Source: Lytechinus pictus (lineage: Eukaryota). Taken from it: 64,000 nt of DNA. A program made the position numbers and the translations under genes. Shown piece by piece: positions 47,676-59,833 of this stretch. A model generated the notes under the pieces. The model made no database searches, was not told the DNA's origin, and saw nothing but the letters and a program-made list of their open reading frames with translations. The DNA is taken from the NCBI RefSeq assembly GCF_037042905.1, contig NC_087251.1, positions 26,910,001 to 26,974,000 of the forward strand, written 5' to 3'. How positions within the stretch are numbered: position 1 is the stretch's first letter; each line of letters starts with the position of its first letter.

Positions 47676-48403
47676 CCCTAAAATGGCCGGGGGGGGGGGT
47701 TGAATCAACCCCCCCTCAACATTTTCTGTGATCATTCCGCCGCGCGAAATTTTTTTACCGCGCCACTCGCAGAGTTTATACATTTAAGTCTCGCGCATCT
47801 TTTGAGACCAAATTTACGATGCCCGGGTACACGGTTCCGAAATTACGCAACATTTTGTAAGTGCATGTCAGACCAAAAATTGTTCCAAAACGTGATTTTG
47901 TGTACAAAGTCAGTGCAAATTGAGTTTTCTAATCTTATTCATAAAGATATGATTATTTTTACTTTAAAAAGCTGAAAGCAATTGATTTTAGGATAATTAT
48001 ACTTCAAAAAGGTTGTGCAATAAATCTGGTGAAAAAAACAAAGAAAAACAAAAGGTTGAAAAACATAGAAATACATAAGAAATTCATAAAACAATAAAAT
48101 ACATAAGAAATTGATTTCCAAACCGAAGTTTTTTTCAATTGCCATTGTTAAGAATGCTACAAAGAATATTTTTACCAAAAATTAGCATTCTAGGAGCTTT
48201 ATTTAGTGAATTAGAGCAAAAAGTATGATTTATGCATAAATTAGCATAATTAATTCATATAAAATAAAATCTCATTATTTTGGAAAATTTTACCATACAG
48301 CCTTGCGGCGCTCGCGCGATCGGCGGCCGAGATCTCAGGGGGGGGGTTGTATCAACCCCCCCCCCAGCCACAGAACAGCCAAAAAAGCCCGGCCTAGTTA
48401 GGG
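47676..48403. mobile_element. Non-autonomous piggyBac-like element
   Basis: TTAA|CCCTAAAATGGCCGGG ... CCCGGCCTAGTTAGGG|TTAA; subterminal G-run/C-run palindromes. Confidence 0.85.
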
Positions 48404-48664
48404 TTAATAAATAGGGTTAAATTTACCCCAGTTAAACCACAAATTTTAGCCATATGGAAAATTGGGTTTGAATGTGTTTTGTGCAATACTAAAATGGAAA
48501 AAAATATTTTTGCATCCTCTATAATTATATTTATATTATATATTCATCATACTTTTGAAACAAGGCCTTTCATAAACATGATATCTGCAAAGTCCCTTCT
48601 GGTAAAGGTATGCAAAGAGTATGTGTATCAGTGTGCATTGATGCCGCACCTATGCAGGCAAAAA

Positions 48665-48711
<47 letters not shown>

Positions 48712-51700
48712 TGTCTCTCCTCTGCCTGCAGCCAATGACCTATAATGCACCTGTGAAATCCTTGAATCCTTGAAGTATGGGTGTATAATGTAGCATAATC
48801 AACTTCACGGTTCTGTTTCATAAAGACTTGTTATAGTAACAAATGCGCAATTTCTATAACAAATGTACTACCTGTCAATTTCAGTAGCTTTCAACTGTTA
48901 TTTCTAATTTGTTATTATAACAGGTATTATGAAACGGACCCCTGAACTTGCTTTCTATGTAAAACATCACTTTACTGATTTGTCCTTATGCTACTTTCAC
49001 TATACAATACAACAGGTCTTTATACAGCTGTTATATGATTTTCTCATAAATTGAACAGGTTTGGGGGTTTTCCTTTTAACGAGCCTTAAATATTCTTCTG
49101 TAAAATGACCACACAAACCTGCATTTTTTTTCTGTGCCTCTAACATTTGTAGGAATGCAGATTATGTCAACATGTGAATTATGATAGAAATTGTAGCTGT
49201 ATTTTTTTTATTAATAGCAAAATTGAACTTTTCATTTTGGTTGCTTTCAAACAATAATGTTCTCAATTGTAAAGTACCTAAACACATTAAATTTATTTTT
49301 CTATGAAGTTTGAATGGTAAAAAAATTATCACAAAGGCTGAAAATGTTGAGTTGAAGATATATACAAATTGTGCCAAACCTTATATTGCTGTGTTCTAGA
49401 TATTTAAGCATGTTACAAACAAACTTTATTCAGGCAAAACGGTCAACAAACGTTCATAAGGATAATTCTCTTATGTAGTTAGATGTTTTTGGACAAATGA
49501 AGAGAAATTGTCTTAATATCAATATTTCTAATTTAACAAATGGGAAATGATTCTTCATCAGTTGGGGATGATCAAATAAAATAAAATTTAAACTTGACAT
49601 TGATATTTAGTTCAAACATGATTTTATTTGGGAAATAATTGTTCACCTATTGTAATTACATTAAAGATATGTCTAACTTCATTAACAAATCTGTCACCCA
49701 ATATTGTTGTTTTAAACAATCATAAGCAATTTAAAAAAAATTCTTATCATATTCTTTTTATGTTGTTTAGAAACAATATTGTAGTGAATAAATCTGCTGA
49801 AAGGGTGGCTTTTCAGATGCCCTTGCATTCAAAATATGACAAAAATCCACTTAAATATTTGGGATAATCATTTGTGTGTAGTCCCATACATGCCTTTCTG
49901 TGCGCAATGTTCATATGACTCTCTGCAAAATAGAGTTACAGCTAACTCTGCCTAATCTGTTAATCTTGAGACCACAGAAATTGGATGTGTTAGGAGAAAC
50001 TTGACTCACAGAATGTACATGACACATTGTCTTGCATATGCTTGTCTGAAATCTTGGTTAAACTTCTTCAATTATTTCACTTGATATTTATTTAAAGGAT
50101 ATTGTGTACTGATTTATGCAGAGTTGACTGTTGATCATTTTGGAAATTCAAAAATATTTTAGTTGACATACATTCTGATGTTCATTATAATCAGCATATC
50201 CCAATCACTCAGAAATTTATACAATAATTATATTTCATGCTCTACATTTGCGTTTATGGTGAAATACTTTTTGTCTATCAAGGCTGATCTTTCTTCACTA
50301 AATCTAAATATTTACCATATCTTACTAAATTTATATGAATTTTACCTTGTCATATATATATATATGTATATATATTGTATGCAACTTAATGCATGTCTTT
50401 CACATTATAGAGGAGCAGCTTTAGTACTGTTTTAGGTTTTAAAGATATTTGCATATACATGTATATGTATGTTTATATTTTATGTGTTTGTAAAGAAAGA
50501 ATATTTATTCATTTGAGAGCAACTGGTAGACCTATGGCTTTTTAAGTATTTCCAAGAGAATTTGGAATAGATGGTTCAGATCCAGTTTAATAAGATACAT
50601 CAGCATTCAAACACATCATGTCAAAACACTTATTAATGTTTTAAAAAAAATGTCCTTTATTTGCTCTCAGTTTTAATAGAGGTGAAAGTTCAGATGAGTC
50701 CTATTTTATGATGTCATTTGTTTGTTTTAACAAATCTTGGCAAGAATTATTTGCGTTGTTTTATCAATCCATTTTTTGTAGCCAGGCAACAATGAAAAGG
50801 TTTCATGTCTGTGCAACATTGTTGTTGCCTTGCATCTAATTGACTTTGAGTTGAACTTTGTTGTACTTAATTGGCCTAGAACTAAACTTGTAGCCTCTTG
50901 TTTATACAGTATTGCTTCTGGGCCCTCATTTCTCTATTTTTATGTACATATTATTATCTATAGGAAAACTGTTTGGAAAATGCAAAGTAGTTCTTAAACT
51001 ATAGTCCAACTTTTTAATAGAGTTTGCTGACTGTCATCTATGTCTCATGATGATGATTTAAAATGATTTTGTTTACTTTTACATTTCATTTATTTAAAGG
51101 ATATTGTGTACTGTTTGTCCGTCCTTTATATAGTATTTGTGGTATCTAAAGTACTGTTAGAGAATATACATGTAGAGATAATACTTTATGCATTGTGCAA
51201 TGTCTTACTACTTTAATCATTTGATTATATCTTAATATTAATTGATATCTTGATATTGAAGATACAATTTTAGAAGGCAAAGTTTACGCCTCCATGGCAT
51301 TATGAAATTTTAATACCTTTATTTTTAGATTTATAGCCTTGTATGTTGTACGCTTCAAGAATATTGTTTTTATTTCAGAGGCTGATAATATGATATAATA
51401 ACCTGTCAATTTGAGATATTCAAGGGCAGGCTCACAACAAGGGATAATATTCTGAAAATAGTGCCATGTTTGCCCATGATAGCATTTTTTGCTATCAGAG
51501 CTGAATATAAAAAATAATTTGTCTTTCAAGTCTGCATGTTCTTATATTTCAAATGTGCAAGCCAAAACAAAAGATCAAAATGAACCCTGTGTTAAATTCT
51601 TTAGTTCTTCATGGTACTTTTCCCCCTGATTTTCATTGATGGAAGAATAATTCAAACGCAAATGAATTCATTTTCAGGATCACTATAATGTATGGATTCA

Positions 51701-53734
51701 CATCATTACATTTATTGATACCTTGATATGTGTGTGTGTGTTTTATAGTTCAAATACTATTAATTTATTATAGCACTAGGTCAGAGGTTCCTGGTATTTC
51801 ATGCATTAAATCTTTAGCTTGATATAAAGGTTGACCCGAACTAAGAATTTCCTTTCAGGATGTTTTAGCATCAGTACTTATAGAAATCAAATTATTAAAT
51901 TAATCTACATGTATGCCTTCATGTGTATATGTTTGGTGTACAGTTCAATTATTCTATGCCTCATTTCAATGTATGGGTTAATGTTTAATCAGAAGCATGG
52001 TCAAAGACGTAACTTTCTGAATGTTGCAATTAATGATATATCCTGCAAGAGAAATAAAGAAAACAAATTAAGGGGGAAAAAGATAAAGAATGAGAGAACG
52101 GGATAGGGAGATGGAGATGGAAGGAGAGAAAGAGAGAGAGACAAAAAGGAAGTGAGATAGAGGATGATGAGAAAGATATGAAGGACAGAGGGGGGGGGGC
52201 AAAAATGGGGGTGGGAGAGAGAGGAGACAGAAAGTAGGTGGTGGGAAAAAGGAGGAAAGAGAGAGTGGGATAAACACAGAGAAAGATTAATAAATGGGGA
52301 GAGAAAATGACGAGAGGGGCGACTTATTAAACAGAATTAAAAGGGACAGAATGCACCGAGATTTATTAAGCATTTGGCAATTTGTGAATAATGATGCTGT
52401 GTAAATTATCTAATTATTTTTTACTGAAGGGGATGGGCGCAGTGAACAAATATTTTCATTTCATGAAAGAATAGAGGCGAAATATATGTATTTGAATAAA
52501 TAGTCTTGACAGTTTAAAATTTAAACAAAAGAAAGGGGAATTTTTCACCCAATGTTTTGCGGTCAGAAACAATCAATAGGTCTGATTATTTATATTAATA
52601 TTTGTATTACTATTGTTGTCATCATCATCTTCATCATTATTATTATCATAATTGTTGTTATTATTATCAGCATTATTATTTTTATTAGCATTAGCATTAT
52701 TATTGATCAAAAATGGGGGTCTAAATATATATATAAATTCCACCCTCTTTCTTGTTATTGTCTTTCTATTTTCTCCCTTTTCTCTTTTCTTTTTTTTTTT
52801 GCTTTCTTTCTTTGTTTCTTTTATTCTTTCTTTCTTTTTTCTTACTTTTTCTTTCTTTCATTTTTTCTTTCTTATTTTCTTTTCTTTATTTCTTTCTTTC
52901 AGCTCTCTTCTTTTTCTTTCTTTCTTTCGTTTTATTTCTTTCTTTCTTATCTATTTTTTATTTTCCCCCTTCTTTCACCTACTTTTGATCCCCTTTTTCA
53001 TTTATTCCTTTAAGATATGTTTTGGGGTTGGGGGCCAGAATTCCCACACCTGAAATTTAAGGGGCGTCCCCCTGTCTCCCAACTGCTTTCGCCACCAAAA
53101 AAAAATAGAGCACTATAATATATGCGTACATTTGAATCATTTTCTGTACAGTTGATAGTAGGCATACAAACAAAAACAGTATGAAGCTGCAGCGTAAAGT
53201 GCTAAAAATTTCGGAACACCATTCGAATGGGGCAAAATTTTAAAAAGCCGCTAGCAAGCAAAAAATGACCATTCTTACATAAAAATCTTATTTTTTAAAT
53301 ATATTTTGACATAATTAGTCTTTTCTTTCACTTTCTCTATTTTTTCTTTAGTTTTTCTTTTGCAGGGGTGCCTATAGGGCCCCATCCCTCACCTATACTC
53401 CAGTGGATTGAAGTATGTACCCCAATGCCTTGCAAGGTCAGAAATAATAATTCACTGTATGCGCTGTTTAAAAAAAATTGTTTTAAAAGTTTAAACAACT
53501 TGTTTAAAAACAATAGTCGTTAAAGTGAAAGGCTTAAACAACATGCTTGAAAGTTAAAACAGCGTTATAGGCCTAAGAATCGGGATTAAGATTGAATGGG
53601 TCAATCCCTGCCCCGCCCCCATGAAGCTTTTTTGTTCTCATAATTTCAAATTTTATCGCCTTAACTATAATTATGAAAGTCATTCATACAATTAAAAAAA
53701 GAGTCACCTTGCCGTAAACTGTTACTATATTTAA

Positions 53735-54346
53735 AGGGATGCTCCGGGCTGAATATATTTATATCTCAATAAATAGAGTAAAATTCACAAGATATTAAGC
53801 AAATAAAATGCTGACAAATTAAAATCGGAGAACAAATGACGAAGTTATTGAATTTTAAAGATTTGCATTATTCCGGTGAAACAGTTTTAGGCATGTCTTT
53901 ATGAATATTAATTAGGTGGGCTGATGACGTCATATCCCCACTTGTTCTTTTGTAGTTTATTAGATGAAACTGGGTTTATTCAAAAAATTTCTACCGACAA
54001 CTAAAATAATTGAATTGACAGCTGATAAAGTGCATTAGTAATTTCTTGCTGTTGCAACTAATTTCAGCATAATGGACACACATCATCTACACATTTAGGA
54101 AAAAATAAAACAATTATGATTTCATCTAATAACATAAGAAAAAGGAAAGTGGGGATGTGACATCAACAGCCTTTATCTAATGAATATTCATGAAGACATG
54201 CCTAGAACTGTTTCACCGGGATAATGCAAATTTTTAAAATTCAATAACTTCGTTATTTTGTTATCCGATGTTGATGAAATTTCAGCATTGTTATGAAATT
54301 TCTATTTATTAAGATATAAATATCTTAAGCCCGGAGTACTGTCCCT
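53735..54346. mobile_element. Palindromic Kolobok-like MITE
   Basis: TTAA|AGGGATGCTCCGGGCT ... AGCCCGGAGTACTGTCCCT|TTAA. Confidence 0.75.
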
Positions 54347-54840
54347 TTAATAACAGACAAGTAGAAACGTTTGTACTTTTAATACATGTATTTTAGTTTA
54401 CCTTTCAAAAATGTTTTTGAATTCTGATTTATATTTTGCATTTGGTTGTTTTTAGGGGTAAATAAATTCATTGAAGATTCAAAGCATTTTTCAGATAATA
54501 TAAAATGAGGAAAATGGCAATATTCAATATTTTGTATAATAAAAAATAAACAAAATAATAATGAGTGCATAACGTCATTTTTTGGTCCGTATAGCTACCA
54601 GAATGTGCATATAACTGTTCCTTATTTTACCATCCGATTCTTATGAAATTTTCACTATAGTATGCAAGTTTCGTTTTCTAATTTCAAATTCCTTTGAATA
54701 ACAAGTTGTATAAACAAACATACAGAAGATGATCGTTCGAAATATTAGAAACATAAAATTATAATTGAAAGTAATCAACGCAGAACATAGGTAGACGACA
54801 AAAATTATTGTACAAATGTGTACATATAATCATTAAGAAT

Positions 54841-56185
54841 AACAAGTGGAACGCCTCTGGCAGTCTCGCCTGCATTACGCGATTTAATATAGCAGCAGTG
54901 CTAACTTTGAAAACTACTGTAAGATAATCATTCACAAAAACACCATTCATATAATGACATAATACCACGTTCATTGACCATAGATGACATTTGAACGGTG
55001 ACTTAAGACTTGTCAACTACACCCATGTCCACATTTCATTCACTCTATCCATAAACTTTCAAAGTTATGATGGCAATTCAACAATTACCCCAACATGGCC
55101 TAAGTTTATTGACCTTAACTGACCTTTGACCTTGGTTTTGTGACCTGAAACTCACAGGGGATGTTCAGTGATACTTGATTACTCTTATATCCCAAGTTTT
55201 ATGAAATAGATCAATAAACTTCAGAGTTAGAATGGTAATTCAACAAATACCCCGAACACAGCCAAAGTTCATTGACCTTAAATGACCTTTTACCATGGTC
55301 ATGTGACCTGAAACTCGTACAGGATGTTCAGTGATACTCGATTACTCTTATGTCCAAGTTTTATGAACTAGATCCATAAACCTTCAGAGTTAGGATGGTA
55401 ATTTAACAAAGACCCCCAACACGGCCAAAGTTCATTGACCTTAAATGACCATTGACCATGGTCATGTGACCTGAAACTCGTACAGGATGTTCAGTGATAC
55501 TCGATTACTCTTATGTCCAAGTTTTATGAACTAGATCCATAAACCTTCAGAGTTAGGATGGTAATTTAACAAAGACCCCCAACACGGCCAAAGTTCATTG
55601 ACCTTAAATGACAATTGACCATGGTCATGTGACCTGAAACTCGCACATGATATCCAGTGGTACTTGATTAACCTTATGTCCAAGTTTCATGAACTAGATC
55701 CATACATTTTCAAAGTTATGATAGTAATTCAACAAATACCCCCAACTTGACCAAAGTTCATTGACCCTAAATGACCTTTGACCTTGATCATGTGACCTAA
55801 AACTCGAGCAAGATGTTCACTACTACTTGATTAACCTTATGCCCAAGTTTCATGAACTAGGTCCATATACTTTCTAAGTTATGATGTCATATCAAAACTT
55901 AACCTTCGGTTAAGATTTTGAAAATAATTCTCCCAACATGGTCTAAGTTCATTGACCCTAAATGACCTTTGACCTTAGTCATGTGACCTGAAACTCAGGC
56001 AGGATGTTCAGTAATACTTGATTAACCTTATGTCCAAGTTTCATGAACTAGGTCCATATACTAAGTTATGATGTCATTTCAAAAACTTAACCTTTGGTTA
56101 AGATTTGATGTTGACGCCGCCGCCGCCGTCGCCGTCGGAAAAGCAGCGCCTATTGTCTCGCTCTGCTATGCAGGCGAGACAAAAA
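54841..56185 (+). mobile_element. Helentron-associated-like (DINE/Pearl-type architecture) element with 163-bp tandem core
   Basis: Subterminal IR GTCTCGCCTGC (54863-54873) / GCAGGCGAGAC (56170-56180); terminal hairpin 56155-56180; (GCC)n microsatellite; about 6 repeats spaced 163 bp. Confidence 0.75.
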
Positions 56186-56934
56186 TGAATAATTTTTCAA
56201 ATTTTAAGAACAGGTCTACTCTACATGCACAATGAATAAACACAACAAACAGAGCAAAAAATGAATAAATAAAGGGTGTAACTTAACAGGGATGGGGGCC
56301 CGGATGGAGCTAAGGGATGATAATAACTGAGGAGGACGGGAATAAGAAACCATGGCGCTTTTATATTGAAAGATATTTAGAGGTAATATTTTCTTGGTTT
56401 AGGTAATTTAAAGTTGGTTCCGAAATTTATGTGATACCAACTCAAATTCAGTTTTTAAAAAAGAAGAAAAGGTCGAAGAAGAAGAAAAGGGATACGGGGG
56501 GGGGGGGGCAAGGGGACGGGCTTGATTATTTAAGCAAAAAGGCAACGATGAAATGTATTGTTTCTGTATGAAAATAAACCCCAAAATGATAATAATAGCA
56601 ATAATGCAACACACTAATCTCCATATCCTGCTGCAATCCAGAGTTCTATGGCACTATAATAATAATAATAATAATAATAAAGACCCTATAGTGCATGTAA
56701 GGAAATCATGTCCGGTTGATTTTGCTGTTGTTGCCTCAGAAAATGTCGACAGTAGCAGTTCATGATCATAATTACTCTTTTTCTTCTATATATTCTGGGA
56801 GGAAAATTTTAACCGTAATAGGGGTTGAACGTTTTTGTCAAGGAAATCTAAATTTTGGACAAAGTGAATACGTTTGAAAATACGGCACAGCATTACTGCA
56901 TCGCTTCAATTTTTTTTTTCAATGTAATGCACCT

Positions 56935-58588
56935 TTTTTTTTTCTTTTTATATTTATTAACTTAATACAAGTTAATATACAAACACAACACGCTTACAGA
57001 ACTGCCTACATACATGTTATAACAACAACAAAAACCTTATGCACTAATGAATAATAAACTGAACTGACTATACATAAAAACACATACGTTTAGGAGTAAA
57101 TTGTATAGATAGTAAAAGCACACTAACTGATTAAGAACATGTCTGGTACAGAAATACCAAAGAATCAGGACTGAGTCTGAGGCCTCGTAGTTTCAAATGA
57201 AAAAGACAATTTTCTAAAGTGAATACCCAATTTATTTATTTTCTCTGCTATTTTATATTCAAGTTTCTTTTTGTAGTTGATAAAAATCATAAAGGCGTCA
57301 AAATTTGGTTCCAGTTTTTGAAATCTGCAATGGTATATGTAAAATTTCAGGTAAAGGACTAAACAATTTATACATTGCATGTGAACTGAATCATTAGAAA
57401 CACCAAACATCTTCTCAAAAGTTGTCCAATTTAGATGATCTCCTATTTTTGTACTGAGTAAAGATAATAGGTTTTGCCAAAGCGGGGTAATTTTTGGACA
57501 CTCACAAAACAAATGGACCAGTGTCTCTGGGAAAGCTGAACAATAAAAACAATTTGGAGATTCTTTCTTTTTTATCTTGTGCAAAAAGGCATTGGTGCCG
57601 ATGGCATTGTGAAATACCTTATAATAAAATGAACGTACCTGTGTTTCAATTGTACAGCTAAAATTATTGGAATGAAGTACTGACAAATCCCTTTGTTCTA
57701 AATTGAGAGCTTCTTCCCACCTTCTTTCAGCCTTAGTTGGATCGACATTCTTTAACAGTCTCTTGTAAGAAAATCGATGAATCTTCTTAACTCTTAATAG
57801 ATCTGTTACAATCTTGTCATGTACAATTTCATCAACCTGTGCAATATTATCAAACCATGATAGATAAATGCCATTCAGAAGACTTTCATATTTTCTTCTG
57901 TCCCGAATGGGTAAATCATATTGAATTACTAATTCCTCAAAAGTTTTCACATGATGTCCCTGGTACAAATCTGAAACCTGACAAATTCCCCTCTGGAACC
58001 AGACTGGGTAGTAAAAATAAGGTCGATGCTTTAACGATACCATCTTATTCCACCACAAGAAATCCCGAAAATGAAAATTATTTAAATTCAAATCAATCAA
58101 AGCATTTTCCTTGTACTTGTACCATGTGATAAGAGATTCTTTAAGCTGGCAATTTTGTATTTTATTGAGAACACATTTAGGGGGAGAAGTCTTAAATAAC
58201 ACTGTTTTGTCTTCAGTTGATGGAAGTGCCTCAAAAATTATAATTCCACATTCTTCCAAAAACTAGTGTACTGAGGGTCCAATAAATATTTGACCCACAC
58301 CATCCTTTGCGCATTTGCATAAGTTTCGGGGTCAATCATACGCAAGCCACATTTATCAAAATCATTATGTCACGGTAATTATCTTTTGACCCTGTCATTT
58401 CCATTACTCCAAATAAATTTAAAGAGAAGCGTGTTAAGCTTTTTAAAAAAGGACTTTGCACAGAAAACAAATATAGTAACTGAGGCAAGACTAAAACTTT
58501 AATCACTGCAAATTTGCCTATAAAGGAAAGTCCTCTGTGATTCCAACAATGTATGGTTTGTTCCATGCTTTGCAGCTTTGGAATGAAA
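56935..58588 (-). mobile_element. 5'-truncated L1/Tx1-type LINE
   Basis: 17-bp TSD TTCAATGTAATGCACCT (56918-56934, 58589-58605); poly-A tail and AATAAA; ORF 57165-58259 with CFYC...ETLVHLFCEC zf-RVT motif; WNHRGLSFIGK motif upstream. Confidence 0.9.
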
Positions 58589-58619
58589 TTCAATGTAATG
58601 CACCTGTTTGTTAAACAGC

Positions 58620-58793
58620 TCCACCTTGGGCGTGGTCATTAAAGACATGGCCCTGGATCCGAGGGGTATCGCGTCCATGCTGAGCCTAGCCGAGCCGTAC
58701 GTTCACCTTGCTTGGCTATGTTCATGTACTTCTTCCTTGCCTGTTCGCTGACGAGAGTGCCCGAAGCGAAGTGGACCGAGCTGAAGATTTAAG
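58620..58793 (+). promoter_or_regulatory. Putative calpain promoter and non-coding first exon
   Basis: GC-box GGGCGTGG near 58628, CpG-rich stretch, AAG|GTTGGT donor; downstream exon has a polypyrimidine acceptor at 59606-59607. Confidence 0.5.
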
Positions 58794-59665
58794 GTTGGTT
58801 CTTGACTGTAAATACTTATCTTTTGATATTTGAGTATCGTTTATTGAAGCGAAAGTTTGATAACGGCATTGATTCACTTGAATATTATTAGATTATTCTT
58901 CAATCTTAATATTATTAATATTAATAGAGAATCAAAGTGACTGACGGCTCGAGAAGACGCGTTGCGACGCAAATGGTCTTTCCATAGAATTTCCTACCGG
59001 TAGCAAGATGTTATTCAGACTGTTTGAACTGAAGTATAAGTTGACCAAAAACCTTTTGCAAATTATGGAACACGAAATTCGAAACGCTTAAGGCAACCTT
59101 CAACCAATTTGATGTTTTTAGTGCTAAAGGAATAGAGTAATGAAATTTAAATTACCAATACCATAATATAAGAAATGCAATTTTTCTCTGGCCAAAAGGC
59201 AAAACTCCCTGACTGAGATACGAATAAATAATAATAATAATACACATGTTGAATTTTGTTATTTTGCACCATGGTAATTTATTTGCTCCTAATTAAGTTA
59301 ATAAGAGCCAAAAAAAAAACACACCAGCAATTAACTAAACTGACATTACAGTTGTCATGTGTCCAAATATTTAGTCTTGCAGTCAATTGCGAGTATAGAC
59401 ATGATTCTTTGCATTGGAACTGAAAGTAAAGTGGTAGATAAATGATATTAATTGCAGATTTGCATAGTGTCTGTAATTGATTAGAATTCAGTTTCCTGCA
59501 GCATTGTGTTTTGATATAAAGCAAAATTTCATTGACTGGAATAAATGACATTTTAAAACTGAATTTTTATTATCACCCATTTTCCCGACTTGTTTTTTTT
59601 TATACAGTTGAGGAGCAGGTTTTGGATTTTTTTTCTGGGAAATACAAAGGAGCTACAATTCCATC

Positions 59666-59833
59666 ATGACTTCCACGAAGAAGATGATAGAACAGGGGTC
59701 GCAATATGACCAGATCCTGAGACAATGCAGGAGCACCGGCACTCTGTTTGAGGACCCCTACTTTCCTGCAGTTGATGAAAGTATTTTCTATACTCAGAAA
59801 CCGCCAAGGCCATTTGTATGGAAGCGACCTAGG
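59666..59833 (+). CDS. Calpain family cysteine protease, first coding exon (gene continues past the window)
   Basis: QYDQILRQCRSTGTLFEDPYFPAVDESIF...FVWKRP matches the calpain LFEDPxFPA...WKRP motif; AGG|GTAGGT donor. Confidence 0.9.
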
